Of a stretch of DNA of 64,000 nucleotides, positions 10,034 through 18,279 are shown in pieces. The notes under the pieces were generated by a model. That model saw only the letters and a program-made list of their open reading frames with translations, was not told the origin of the DNA and searched no databases. How positions within the stretch are numbered: position 1 is the first letter of the stretch; every line of letters begins with the position of its first letter. The DNA comes from Planctomycetota bacterium (lineage in GTDB: Bacteria; Planctomycetota; UBA8108; UBA1146), in contig JADHSM010000007.1 of the NCBI GenBank assembly GCA_016776905.1, forward strand, positions 73,438-137,437. Reading direction: 5' to 3'. Position numbers and translations under genes: made by a program.

Positions 10034-10418
10034 GCGCTGCTTAGAGCCGGATCGGATTCGCGGGTACGCCCCGTGAAGAAAGTCCTGAGGCAACGATCGC
10101 TTGCGATCATTCTGGAATCATCTGGAAGCTTTTCTTCTATTCGAGGGAGCGATCCGGTTTTTTCTGCACATAATTCGGATATCTTGCGAAGAAGTGTTGG
10201 GTGTCTCTTTCGAAGAGTCACGAGCACCACATATGCGGGCGACCTGGAGGTCGTCTGGTCACTTAAATTTTGACAAGATCATCGGGCTATTCGCCACGTC
10301 TCGGGGAGACGACAAGATGATCGTTGAATGTCTGTGATCGAGGGACGGGAACGTCTATCCATCAAATGCAACATCATGTTGCTGAGTGGAACCTCGGCCA
10401 GAAGGAACTGGAGAAGAG

Positions 10419-11273
10419 ATGAGCGGGCTCGCCAAATTTTTCGTGGTGATCAATCTCGTCCTGGCACTCTTTTTTCTAGGAGTGAGTGCAACGCTTTTCA
10501 AGACCCAAAAGAATTGGAAAGACGCAGCAGAGGACGCACTAGAGGCACATCAGGTTAGTCTCAATAAGAGCGAGGCGATGAAGAATGCCCTAGAAGGCAC
10601 CATCGATCTGAGTCAGAAGAATGTCGATTCTCTTTCACGTGAAAAAGAGCAATTAGGCACTCAGGTGACAACACTCCAGAATGAGAACGGTGATCTTCGT
10701 AAGGAGAAAGCCAGCCTGAATACAAAGGTTTCTGATTTAGAGAGTCGAGTCGCACAAAAGGATGAGCACCTTCAGGACAAGGATTCCAATATTGCTCGTC
10801 TCGAGGATGAGATTTCTCGTCTGAACACAGAAGCTCAGGATTCAGCGATGGCTAAGAAAGTTGCAGAAGGACTGCGTAACCGTGCCCTTCTCGACAAAGA
10901 GCAGTTGTCCCAAGAGAATGAAGCCATCAATAAAGAGCTCACCGCTCTCAGGTCTGATTTCGATGACCAAAAGCTTCTGATCTCAAGAATCGTGGATTCT
11001 GGCGTTCGCCTTCCCGATATCGGTGTGGCCACTGCCCCTCCCATTGACGGTATGGTTGTCGGAGTTCAAGAGGGTGTCGTAGTCCTTTCTGTCGGTAAAG
11101 ACGACGGAGTCGAAGTCGGCTACGAGTTCACTATCTACGACGGAAATACCTTCATTGGTAAAGTACAGGTCACCAAGGTTTTGGATGACATGGCCGGGTG
11201 CACGATTCTTTTCGAAGAATCTGGGCGTAAGATCAGTGACGGCAACAAAGCCTCCACTCGTTTGACCAGCTGA
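10419..11273 (+). CDS. Membrane-anchored long coiled-coil protein with C-terminal beta domain (hypothetical)
   Basis: N-terminal TM segment (KFFVVINLVLALFFLGVSA), about 170-aa heptad-rich region, C-terminal PPIDG..VVLSVGKDDGV..GYEFTIY beta domain. ATG at 10419 after GGAGAAG. Confidence 0.8.
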   Translation: MSGLAKFFVVINLVLALFFLGVSATLFKTQKNWKDAAEDALEAHQVSLNKSEAMKNALEGTIDLSQKNVDSLSREKEQLGTQVTTLQNENGDLRKEKASLNTKVSDLESRVAQKDEHLQDKDSNIARLEDEISRLNTEAQDSAMAKKVAEGLRNRALLDKEQLSQENEAINKELTALRSDFDDQKLLISRIVDSGVRLPDIGVATAPPIDGMVVGVQEGVVVLSVGKDDGVEVGYEFTIYDGNTFIGKVQVTKVLDDMAGCTILFEESGRKISDGNKASTRLTS

Positions 11274-11286
11274 AAAGGAGGTTCTC

Positions 11287-11526
11287 ATGTACGATCAACC
11301 CATCGTTGAAAGAAAAGACTCGAGTCCTCTGGGAACCAGTCTTCTGGGTGTGGCGACATTTTGCCTGATTTTTGCCTCAGCACTGCTGTGTTTGAGTCTT
11401 AAAGAGTTTTCGATGCCCAATTCCACTCCGACAGAGAGTGCTAAGAAATGGGAGAAAACTGCCAAGAAGACCTGGAACAGATCAGACGATCTTTTTCAAG
11501 GAGTGGTGACCGACGGAGACGAATAG
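11287..11526 (+). CDS. Small single-TM hypothetical protein
   Basis: Strong RBS AAGGAGG, one hydrophobic segment, followed by an intrinsic terminator. Confidence 0.7.
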   Translation: MYDQPIVERKDSSPLGTSLLGVATFCLIFASALLCLSLKEFSMPNSTPTESAKKWEKTAKKTWNRSDDLFQGVVTDGDE

Positions 11527-11549
11527 TTTTCCTCGCGTGACCATGTTTC

Positions 11550-11591
11550 AAGGCCCGCCTCCCTACACGGGGAGGCGGGCCTTTTTCTTTT
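11550..11591 (+). terminator. Rho-independent terminator
   Basis: AAGGCCCGCCTCCC-tacacg-GGGAGGCGGGCCTT stem followed by a T-rich tract. Confidence 0.9.
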
Positions 11592-11785
11592 GAACTGTGG
11601 GTGTCATAACGACGTTCTATTGCTTACTATACGGGGCCGATCGAGGGGTGGAGTGAAGAGAAACTCTCTTCTTTTGATCGACTGTTCATACGCCGCGGGG
11701 AATCAAGAGTGCTGTAAGAAGCACGCAACTGCATGTGTCTCATGCAGAATTGTTGGAAACAGATGTTTCCAGAGGGGAAGAGTCA

Positions 11786-12859
11786 ATGGTGTTTAGAATC
11801 GCACAAAATTTGACGAGTCGTTTCTTAGGTAAGTTTTCTACTGACCTTGGAATCGATCTCGGGACCGCGAACACTCTCGTTTGCGTGAGCGGTCGTGGAG
11901 TTGTTGTCAGCGAACCTTCAGTTGTGGCTGTCAAGGCGGGAACGAACCAGGTTCTCTTGGACGGTGCTGCCGTAGGCCGCGTTGCCAAGGAAATGATGGG
12001 CCGAACTCCGACTTCTATCGAAGCTGTGCGCCCCCTCCAAGACGGTGTGATCGCTGACTTCGAAATCACAGAAGCGATGCTGAAGTATTTCATCAACAGT
12101 GTTCAGGGAGACTCTCTCTTCTTTAGCCCTCGCGTTGTCATTGCTGTTCCTAGTGGGATCACTGCGGTTGAAAAACGTGCCGTTTACAACTCTGCAGAAA
12201 GAGCCGGCGCTCGTAAGGTTTACCTCGTTGAGGAACCCAGAGCTGCGGGCTTAGGTGCTGGCTTGCCCATTGAAGACCCCATCGCCAGCATGATCGTTGA
12301 TATCGGTGGAGGTACGACTGAAATCGCGGTTCTGTCACTCGCAGACGTCGTCACGAGTGTCTCACTGCGTATCGCCGGTGACGACATGGACGATGCCATC
12401 GTTCAATACATGAAGAAGAATTATAATTTGTTTGTGGGTCCTCTCACAGCGGAGCAGATCAAGATCAAGCTCGGTTCAGCTTATGAGTTGGATCAAGAAC
12501 TTGAGATGGAAGTCAAAGGCCGCGACTTAATCGGCAATCTGCCACGCAGCACAAGTGTTACGAGCGAGGAGATTCGGGAAGCTTTGGCAGATCCTATCCG
12601 TCAGATTATCGACGGTATTAAAGAGACGTTAGAGAAGACGGATCCTGAGTTATGTGCGGATTTGGTTCAGCAAGGAATCGTACTCTGTGGAGGCGGTGTT
12701 CTTTTGCGAGGCCTCGACGAATTGATTCGCAAGGAGACGGGCCTTCCGGTTCGGATTGCTGATGATCCACTGACGTGCGTGGCACGCGGGACGGCCATAT
12801 TCCTTGAACGTCTCGATCAATACGCGTCCGTATTGGATACCATCGAAGACGATTTCTAG
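11786..12859 (+). CDS. mreB: Rod shape-determining actin MreB
   Basis: DLGIDLGTANT, EPSVVA, RPLQDGVIADF, VPSGITAVEKRAV, VDIGGGTTE, DPLTCVARG. Confidence 0.97.
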   Translation: MVFRIAQNLTSRFLGKFSTDLGIDLGTANTLVCVSGRGVVVSEPSVVAVKAGTNQVLLDGAAVGRVAKEMMGRTPTSIEAVRPLQDGVIADFEITEAMLKYFINSVQGDSLFFSPRVVIAVPSGITAVEKRAVYNSAERAGARKVYLVEEPRAAGLGAGLPIEDPIASMIVDIGGGTTEIAVLSLADVVTSVSLRIAGDDMDDAIVQYMKKNYNLFVGPLTAEQIKIKLGSAYELDQELEMEVKGRDLIGNLPRSTSVTSEEIREALADPIRQIIDGIKETLEKTDPELCADLVQQGIVLCGGGVLLRGLDELIRKETGLPVRIADDPLTCVARGTAIFLERLDQYASVLDTIEDDF

Positions 12860-12903
12860 GCCAGACAGTAATTAAGGTCTGACTCTGATCCCCCCGGAGG
12901 TCC

Positions 12904-13605
12904 GTGAAACGCAGGCAGACGGCATATTGGGCCATCGGTTGCTGGCTTCTCCTGACTCTCGTCGCTTTTGGGTTAGAACAACTGTTCTCCTCCCCAAAGC
13001 GGCAGGAATTCAATCGATCCATCGTCGATCAGGCCATCCAGCAAGAGTTGATCGCTGAATCCGAAGTTCAGGCCGTACTGACTCGTCAACAATTGATGGA
13101 TATGTGGCTTCCGCTTTCGGCCAATTTCACTCTCGTTCCAGCCCTCATGACTCCTGTCCGTGACCGATCTCCCCTGCGAAGTACTGGGCGTATAGATCGC
13201 GGTGAGGAATCTGGATTAACCACGGGTTTGGGGATCGTCAGCAGTTCCGGAGTTGTCGGTCGAATTGTTGCTGTTGGCCAAGGTTGGAGTCGAATCCAAT
13301 TAGCGGACGACCCAGGCTTCGTCATTCCATGTGTCGATGAACAAGGTCATCGAGGAATCATTGGCGGAGCTTCTTATTCAGGAGAAGGCCGTATCAAGTT
13401 TCGGCTCAGTCATCTCGAACTCAGTCTGAATGAAATCCTCACGACAGATGGTTCCAGTGGAGTTTTTCCAGCAAATGTTTACTTAGGTATCGTTGCTGAA
13501 AACAGAACTCCTGTGAAAGAGTCGCGAATCTTATTCCCTCAGAATTTAGGTACTGAAAAAGAAGTGGTGATCTTTGTACCTATTGAGCCTGGGGTTGGAC
13601 GATGA
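12904..13605 (+). CDS. mreC: Rod shape-determining protein MreC
   Basis: N-terminal TM, IDRGEESGL...GVVGRI, TDGSSGVFPANVYLG. Located after mreB. Confidence 0.85.
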   Translation: MKRRQTAYWAIGCWLLLTLVAFGLEQLFSSPKRQEFNRSIVDQAIQQELIAESEVQAVLTRQQLMDMWLPLSANFTLVPALMTPVRDRSPLRSTGRIDRGEESGLTTGLGIVSSSGVVGRIVAVGQGWSRIQLADDPGFVIPCVDEQGHRGIIGGASYSGEGRIKFRLSHLELSLNEILTTDGSSGVFPANVYLGIVAENRTPVKESRILFPQNLGTEKEVVIFVPIEPGVGR

Positions 13606-14084
13606 AGTGGAGCATGCTTTTTTTGCTGACGGCTCTCTCGATATGGACTTCTTATGTCTATTCCGGTGTGGTCGGATCGTCGATCTTGTTGTTGGATCCG
13701 GTTTTGATACTTCTCGCATGGTTTTGTTTGCAGGATGAATGGCCGCGTATTTTTGCCGTATCAGCAATGATTCTTTTGTATCGCTTCTCTTTGACAATTG
13801 CGACGCCTCTTGAAGTCGTGGTTCCCCCATTAGCGTTGATTTTTACGATTCGAATGTTGAGCGGTGGTATCAGTCCTTTTCATTTTTGGAGACGGTTCTT
13901 AATTGTTGTCCCTGCTCTATGTCTCTCTCATTTGATTTCGAACTTTATCCTTTTTAGAGTCTTCGATTTATCCATAGAGCGAATCTTGCTGGATGCTGCT
14001 TTGGCCTTTATCGTTTCAGCAACCATGTTTTCAGTACTCGATGTCATACGGCCGCTGCTAAAAACGGCGAAATACCCCGATTAG
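13602..14084 (+). CDS. mreD: Rod shape-determining protein MreD-like membrane protein
   Basis: 160-aa polytopic membrane protein between mreC and PBP2 with an ATGA overlap. The call rests mainly on synteny. Confidence 0.65.
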   Translation: MKWSMLFLLTALSIWTSYVYSGVVGSSILLLDPVLILLAWFCLQDEWPRIFAVSAMILLYRFSLTIATPLEVVVPPLALIFTIRMLSGGISPFHFWRRFLIVVPALCLSHLISNFILFRVFDLSIERILLDAALAFIVSATMFSVLDVIRPLLKTAKYPD

Positions 14085-14113
14085 TTCAGTCGTAATTTAA
14101 TAGGAAGGTCCTC

Positions 14114-16348
14114 GTGCAAAGATCCCGAATCATTGTTCTTGTTGTTATCTTCCTGATGGTGTCGATAGTCATTGGCATGCGACTCTACAAACTACAAATT
14201 GTTGAGTGGCGTGAATATGCACAACGGGCGGCAAATACGCATCGTTCGATCATGTATTCTCCGGGTCCTAGAGGGAAAATATTGGATCGGAATGGGACGG
14301 TATTAGCTCAAAGTGTGCCGATGATGAGAGCCACTTTTCTTCTATCAGAATTAGAACAGTGCCGATGGGTTGCCCGGCGACTGCGAAGCCTACTCGGTAA
14401 AGATTCAGAAATGTACCCATGGGATGAACACGTGTTATGGCTTTCTTTAGAGGCGATACGAGAAACCTTTAGGCGACAGTTAAAATCCGGTGACGTTCCG
14501 GCTTCTATCGTTTGGTTAAAAAACATTGACCCCATGACCTCTTCTCGCATCGCAAAAGCTCTGAGGAGTCGTCCCGAAAACTTCCCTGGTGTCGATTTGG
14601 GGATAAATGACGACGGGGTCGGAGTGCTGTCTCTAGACCCGTCTCTGCTCTTCGCTGGAGAGGTTGGGGTTCGACGCCTATCGAAGTGGCATCCTGAATA
14701 CACAGCTGATCAGCTGTGGGAGAAGGTTCAGACTCAATATGATAAAGTTCGGGACGATTCCGACGAAGATCTTACAGATAAGGAAGATCTTGCAAAAGCA
14801 AGGCAGAGAAGAGATCGAATATTCCGTGTGAAGAGACACTTATTGATTTCCGATCTTAATCCCGACTTAGTCATTGAGATCTGTATGAACCCCGATCGCT
14901 GGCCAGGAATCCATCTTGAAGAAGTGGATATGCGAGAATATCCCAGAAACCCGATGTGGGGCCAACTCTTAGGTCGAACAACATTATCAAATCTGAAGAA
15001 CCAATCAGACTTTAAGAAAAATGAAGAGGTACTCATCGATCAAATGTCGTTGAAAGATATACGTACCGTTTCGGCTATTCAGAAAGATGCGCGCCACAGT
15101 GCTGACCAAGTGGGGCAAGAAGGTCTTGAGTCCTACTTGGAAGATCAACTACGAGGTCGACCGGGTGCAAAAATTCGAATTGTGGATTACCGTCGAAAGC
15201 AAGTCGGGCTTGCAGGCACCATGTTGGAGGCGATACCGGGCAAAGATGTTTCTTTGACTGTTGACGTAGAGTTTTCTGAATATTGCGTGGATCTGTTAAG
15301 AGACGAATTTCAATATAACCCCCCACTCGACGATGGGCCTGCCAGTGGTGCGATGGTCTTTTTAGACGTGCAGAGCGGAGAAGTCATAGGACTTTCACCG
15401 ATTCCGCTTCAAGGAGTTGAAGTATTTGCGGATTCAAGTCTTTACGAAGAACGAAAAAATGAACAATCTGCGGGCTGGTTCCTAGACCGGTGTCTCGGTT
15501 GGCCGATTGATCCCGGCTCTACATTTAAGCCTATTGTCGCCTTGATCGCTCTTTCAGAAGGCGTTCTTTCGCCCGGTGAAACCATTGATTGTCAGGGTTA
15601 TTTCGACCTGAAAGATCGACGTGCGAATCGCTGTGAAAACCATAGTCGTGGTCCTATTGGTCTCGAAGAAGCACTAGCGAAGTCTTGTAATGTGTTTTTC
15701 TACAAATTAGGTCAAAGACTCGGGTTGGAAAAGCTGATCGCAGGTGCTGAAGATTTCGGTTTTTGGCAAGCGACCATCGAATCCGATTGGCGGAATGTTG
15801 ACGATGGCCAATCCGACGGCCTCCCTTCCGAGAAATATGGTCAGAAGCCCAATTCCAATCCAGTGGGCGCAGCGATTGGTAGAGGGTTTATTGTGACGCC
15901 GATACAGATGGCAAAAGCCGCGATGATCTTGGCGCGAAGAGGCGACTTTTCTCCGGTCAAAATGTTCCAGGTGAGCGATTCTGCAACAAAGACGACCAAA
16001 GGTAGAGGTCGTCCTGTTCTTGATAATCTGAAACCTGATCATTTTGAAAGCGTCATTCAGGGAATGCAGGAAGCCGTAGAATATGGAAGTGCGAAGAATT
16101 CGCGATTAAAAGATTTTAACGCAGCAGTGAAAACTGGAACGGTTCGCGTCATGAAAACCGTTCAGGGAAGGACCTCTTCCACGGAATATAAGCATGCGTG
16201 GATGATCGGTTTCGCACCTGCTGATCAACCCAAGGTGGCGTTTGCGATCGTGTTGCAAAATCAAGAAAAGTCCGGTGGTAAGATTGCTCCTTTAGTCGAA
16301 GATGCGTTGGATTGGTTGCAGGTCCATCGCGGAATGAAATTTCGATGA
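14114..16348 (+). CDS. mrdA: Class B penicillin-binding protein 2 (transpeptidase)
   Basis: N-terminal TM plus RLYKLQI, RGKILDRNG, REYP, GQEGLE. Catalytic motifs GSTFK (SxxK), SCN (SxN) and KTG. Confidence 0.92.
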   Translation: MQRSRIIVLVVIFLMVSIVIGMRLYKLQIVEWREYAQRAANTHRSIMYSPGPRGKILDRNGTVLAQSVPMMRATFLLSELEQCRWVARRLRSLLGKDSEMYPWDEHVLWLSLEAIRETFRRQLKSGDVPASIVWLKNIDPMTSSRIAKALRSRPENFPGVDLGINDDGVGVLSLDPSLLFAGEVGVRRLSKWHPEYTADQLWEKVQTQYDKVRDDSDEDLTDKEDLAKARQRRDRIFRVKRHLLISDLNPDLVIEICMNPDRWPGIHLEEVDMREYPRNPMWGQLLGRTTLSNLKNQSDFKKNEEVLIDQMSLKDIRTVSAIQKDARHSADQVGQEGLESYLEDQLRGRPGAKIRIVDYRRKQVGLAGTMLEAIPGKDVSLTVDVEFSEYCVDLLRDEFQYNPPLDDGPASGAMVFLDVQSGEVIGLSPIPLQGVEVFADSSLYEERKNEQSAGWFLDRCLGWPIDPGSTFKPIVALIALSEGVLSPGETIDCQGYFDLKDRRANRCENHSRGPIGLEEALAKSCNVFFYKLGQRLGLEKLIAGAEDFGFWQATIESDWRNVDDGQSDGLPSEKYGQKPNSNPVGAAIGRGFIVTPIQMAKAAMILARRGDFSPVKMFQVSDSATKTTKGRGRPVLDNLKPDHFESVIQGMQEAVEYGSAKNSRLKDFNAAVKTGTVRVMKTVQGRTSSTEYKHAWMIGFAPADQPKVAFAIVLQNQEKSGGKIAPLVEDALDWLQVHRGMKFR

Positions 16349-17514
16349 GGATAGAAGTACGAGATTATCTGAAGTCGGCTTTTCAGGGTTGGATTGGAAC
16401 TTCCGGGTTAATCCTCCTGACAACGTTATTGTTGCTTTGGGTCGGGGTTGTTTTCGTCCACAGTGCGACCGTCGATTCCGGGATGGGGTTCCCGGGTCCC
16501 TATGCCGTGAGTCAGATAAAGAAAATTATTGTCGGCATTGGGGCTTTGCTGGCGATATCCACGATGTCTCCCCGGATTCTTGAACGAGTGACTCCCATCT
16601 TCTTTGTCGGAACCATGGCAGTCCTTTCTGGTATGGTCGTGTGGAAATTGATTTTTGGTGGAGTTGTGAGATGGATTCGATTAGGTCCCCTTCAATTCCA
16701 ACCTTCAGAATTAGCCAAAATATCGACAGTGATGATTCTCGCAATGTTGTTGAGAGGTGGACTTGAACAATCTCGTTGGAAGCATGTGATATCGATCTTA
16801 GCCTGCGGGATTGCTCCTTTTATTTTGATAGCGGCTCAACCAGATCTTGGAACAGCAATGGTCCTTGTGCCAACAGTCGTAGCGATGGTCTGGGTGGCTC
16901 AATTAGGTAAACGGCGATTATTGTTACTTTTCACAGCTGCAATTTTCTTGAGTGGCCCATTGGGTTACATGCTTCTGAAGCCTTACCAAGTAGATCGTGT
17001 CTATAGTTTTCTGGGGATTGGATCTGTGGCTGCCGAGGATGCCGGCAATCATCAGGTCACACAGTCTATTATTGCCCTAGGAAGCGGTGGGCCTGCTGGA
17101 AAAGGACTTCACCAAGGTTCGCACCATGATTTGGGATATCTGTTCGCTGACCATAATGATTTTATTTTCGCAGTGATTGGTGAGGAATGGGGACTTCAGG
17201 GGACAATACTTGTCATTTTAGGTTTCCTCTTGTTGATCTTCAGTATGCTTGGCGTGGGCTGGTCATCTCGTGATCATTTCAGTCGTTTATTGTCTGTCGG
17301 AATCGCCACTCAGATATTCACTCAAGCGGTCTTTAATATGGCGGTGACAGTGGGATTATTGCCGGTGACGGGGCTTCCGTTACCGTTCGTTTCTTATGGA
17401 GGGACCTCCATCGTGGTTTCTTTGATGGGAGTAGGATTGGTGATCGCAGTTGCCAGAAATCCCATCGACGAGAATCAGTTGGACGGCATCAGGAATCGAC
17501 CGTCGCATCTTTAG
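16345..17514 (+). CDS. rodA: SEDS peptidoglycan glycosyltransferase RodA
   Basis: RWIRLG..FQPSELAK, QPDLGTA, GSGG..GKG, HNDFIF..IGEEWG, PVTGLPLPFVSYGG. Confidence 0.94.
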   Translation: MRIEVRDYLKSAFQGWIGTSGLILLTTLLLLWVGVVFVHSATVDSGMGFPGPYAVSQIKKIIVGIGALLAISTMSPRILERVTPIFFVGTMAVLSGMVVWKLIFGGVVRWIRLGPLQFQPSELAKISTVMILAMLLRGGLEQSRWKHVISILACGIAPFILIAAQPDLGTAMVLVPTVVAMVWVAQLGKRRLLLLFTAAIFLSGPLGYMLLKPYQVDRVYSFLGIGSVAAEDAGNHQVTQSIIALGSGGPAGKGLHQGSHHDLGYLFADHNDFIFAVIGEEWGLQGTILVILGFLLLIFSMLGVGWSSRDHFSRLLSVGIATQIFTQAVFNMAVTVGLLPVTGLPLPFVSYGGTSIVVSLMGVGLVIAVARNPIDENQLDGIRNRPSHL

Positions 17515-17696
17515 GTAATTCAAAGATCGCTCTGATGCGAAATGTCGTGTTTGAGTGCAGGAGTTCAGCTCCTTAGCAGCTGTCGACGATGGAGTCTGTA
17601 CGCCTGGCGACCATCACGAATCCCCCATTTATATATCCACAGATATCGACGGGTAGAGAAGCTCGGCGAATAGAGCCCCAGAGTCTGTATCGAAAT

Positions 17697-17737
17697 TTAA
17701 TTAAAAAAATTTAATTAAAAAAACTTAATTAAAAAAA
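17697..17737. repeat. 14-bp-period AT-only tandem repeat x3 (TTAATTAAAAAAA)
   Basis: Copies start at 17697, 17711 and 17725. Confidence 0.9.
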
Positions 17738-17764
17738 GAGGTGCCATCGGGGAAATGGCACCTC
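17731..17764 (-). terminator. Rho-independent terminator (minus strand)
   Basis: 10-bp stem GAGGTGCCAT/ATGGCACCTC (17738-17764) followed on the minus strand by T7. Confidence 0.88.
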
Positions 17765-17900
17765 CTCGGAAAGAAATGAAGCAAGAAGGACGACCATGTC
17801 GCCCCGGGGAGCCTTCGGCGGATCATTGCGACCACCGACCTTGCCAGTTGAACGTTCCCGAGGGTCCGTCAACAAATGCTCCCCTGTCCCAAAGAGCCCA
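17731..17900 (-). ncRNA. Candidate sigma54-dependent small RNA (~170 nt)
   Basis: Bounded by a -24/-12 promoter (17911-17926) and an intrinsic terminator. No credible ORF. Internal GGGGAGC/GCTCCCC helix and a pyrimidine-rich stretch before the terminator. Confidence 0.55.
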
Positions 17901-17910
17901 CTTCATACAT

Positions 17911-17926
17911 AGCATTGGCCGTGCCA
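17911..17926 (-). promoter_or_regulatory. Sigma54 (-24/-12) promoter
   Basis: Minus strand reads TGGCACG-GCCA-ATGCT against consensus TGGCACG-N4-TTGCW, with exact GG-N10-GC spacing. Confidence 0.7.
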
Positions 17927-18203
17927 AACCTGTCTTATTTAAAAATTGGGCTCTATGAGCTTCACAAGGAGCTTGCCGGAGATGGATCATCACCGAGTGA
18001 CCATCGTGAAGTCCTCGCGATGGTTAAATAATAGCCACCATTGAGGCTCCCCCTGCGTCTTTGGAAGACCTGTGTCGTAAAATGTATTATTGAATAGGCT
18101 TATGTGAGTGAACGAATTGTGGCCACCTATTTCCGGCGAACGGCCCAAAGTGGATATAAATTGTCCAATTTGAAGTGTTCCGAGGTGGTTTCGGCCGAGA
18201 TGG

Positions 18204-18250
18204 AAAACCCCTCCCATGGAGAATGCTCGAGGCTTTATCCATGGGAGGGG
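18204..18250 (-). terminator. Hairpin terminator after the dockerin gene
   Basis: 13-bp stem CCCCTCCCATGGA...TCCATGGGAGGGG with TTTT on the minus strand, 30 bp after the stop codon. Confidence 0.75.
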
Positions 18251-18279
18251 AAATTATCTATGGGATGTCGTTCTCAGAA

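Noticed and set aside
10044-10410. Resemblance to RNase P RNA (GAAGAAAGTCC), tmRNA 5' end (GGATTCG) or SRP RNA
   Set aside because: It lacks the other universal elements (AGTGCAACAG and ACAGAA..CGGCTTA, the tRNA-like 3' end with CCA, the SRP GNRA loop motif). Kept only as an unnamed structured RNA.
17755-17958. Plus-strand small ORFs in the sRNA region (67 aa at 17755, 38 aa at 17796) and a 33-aa minus-strand ORF
   Set aside because: Promoter and terminator both point to the minus strand, and the minus ORF has no RBS and runs through the terminator. The plus 38-aa ORF has an SD-like AGAAGGA and cannot be fully excluded.
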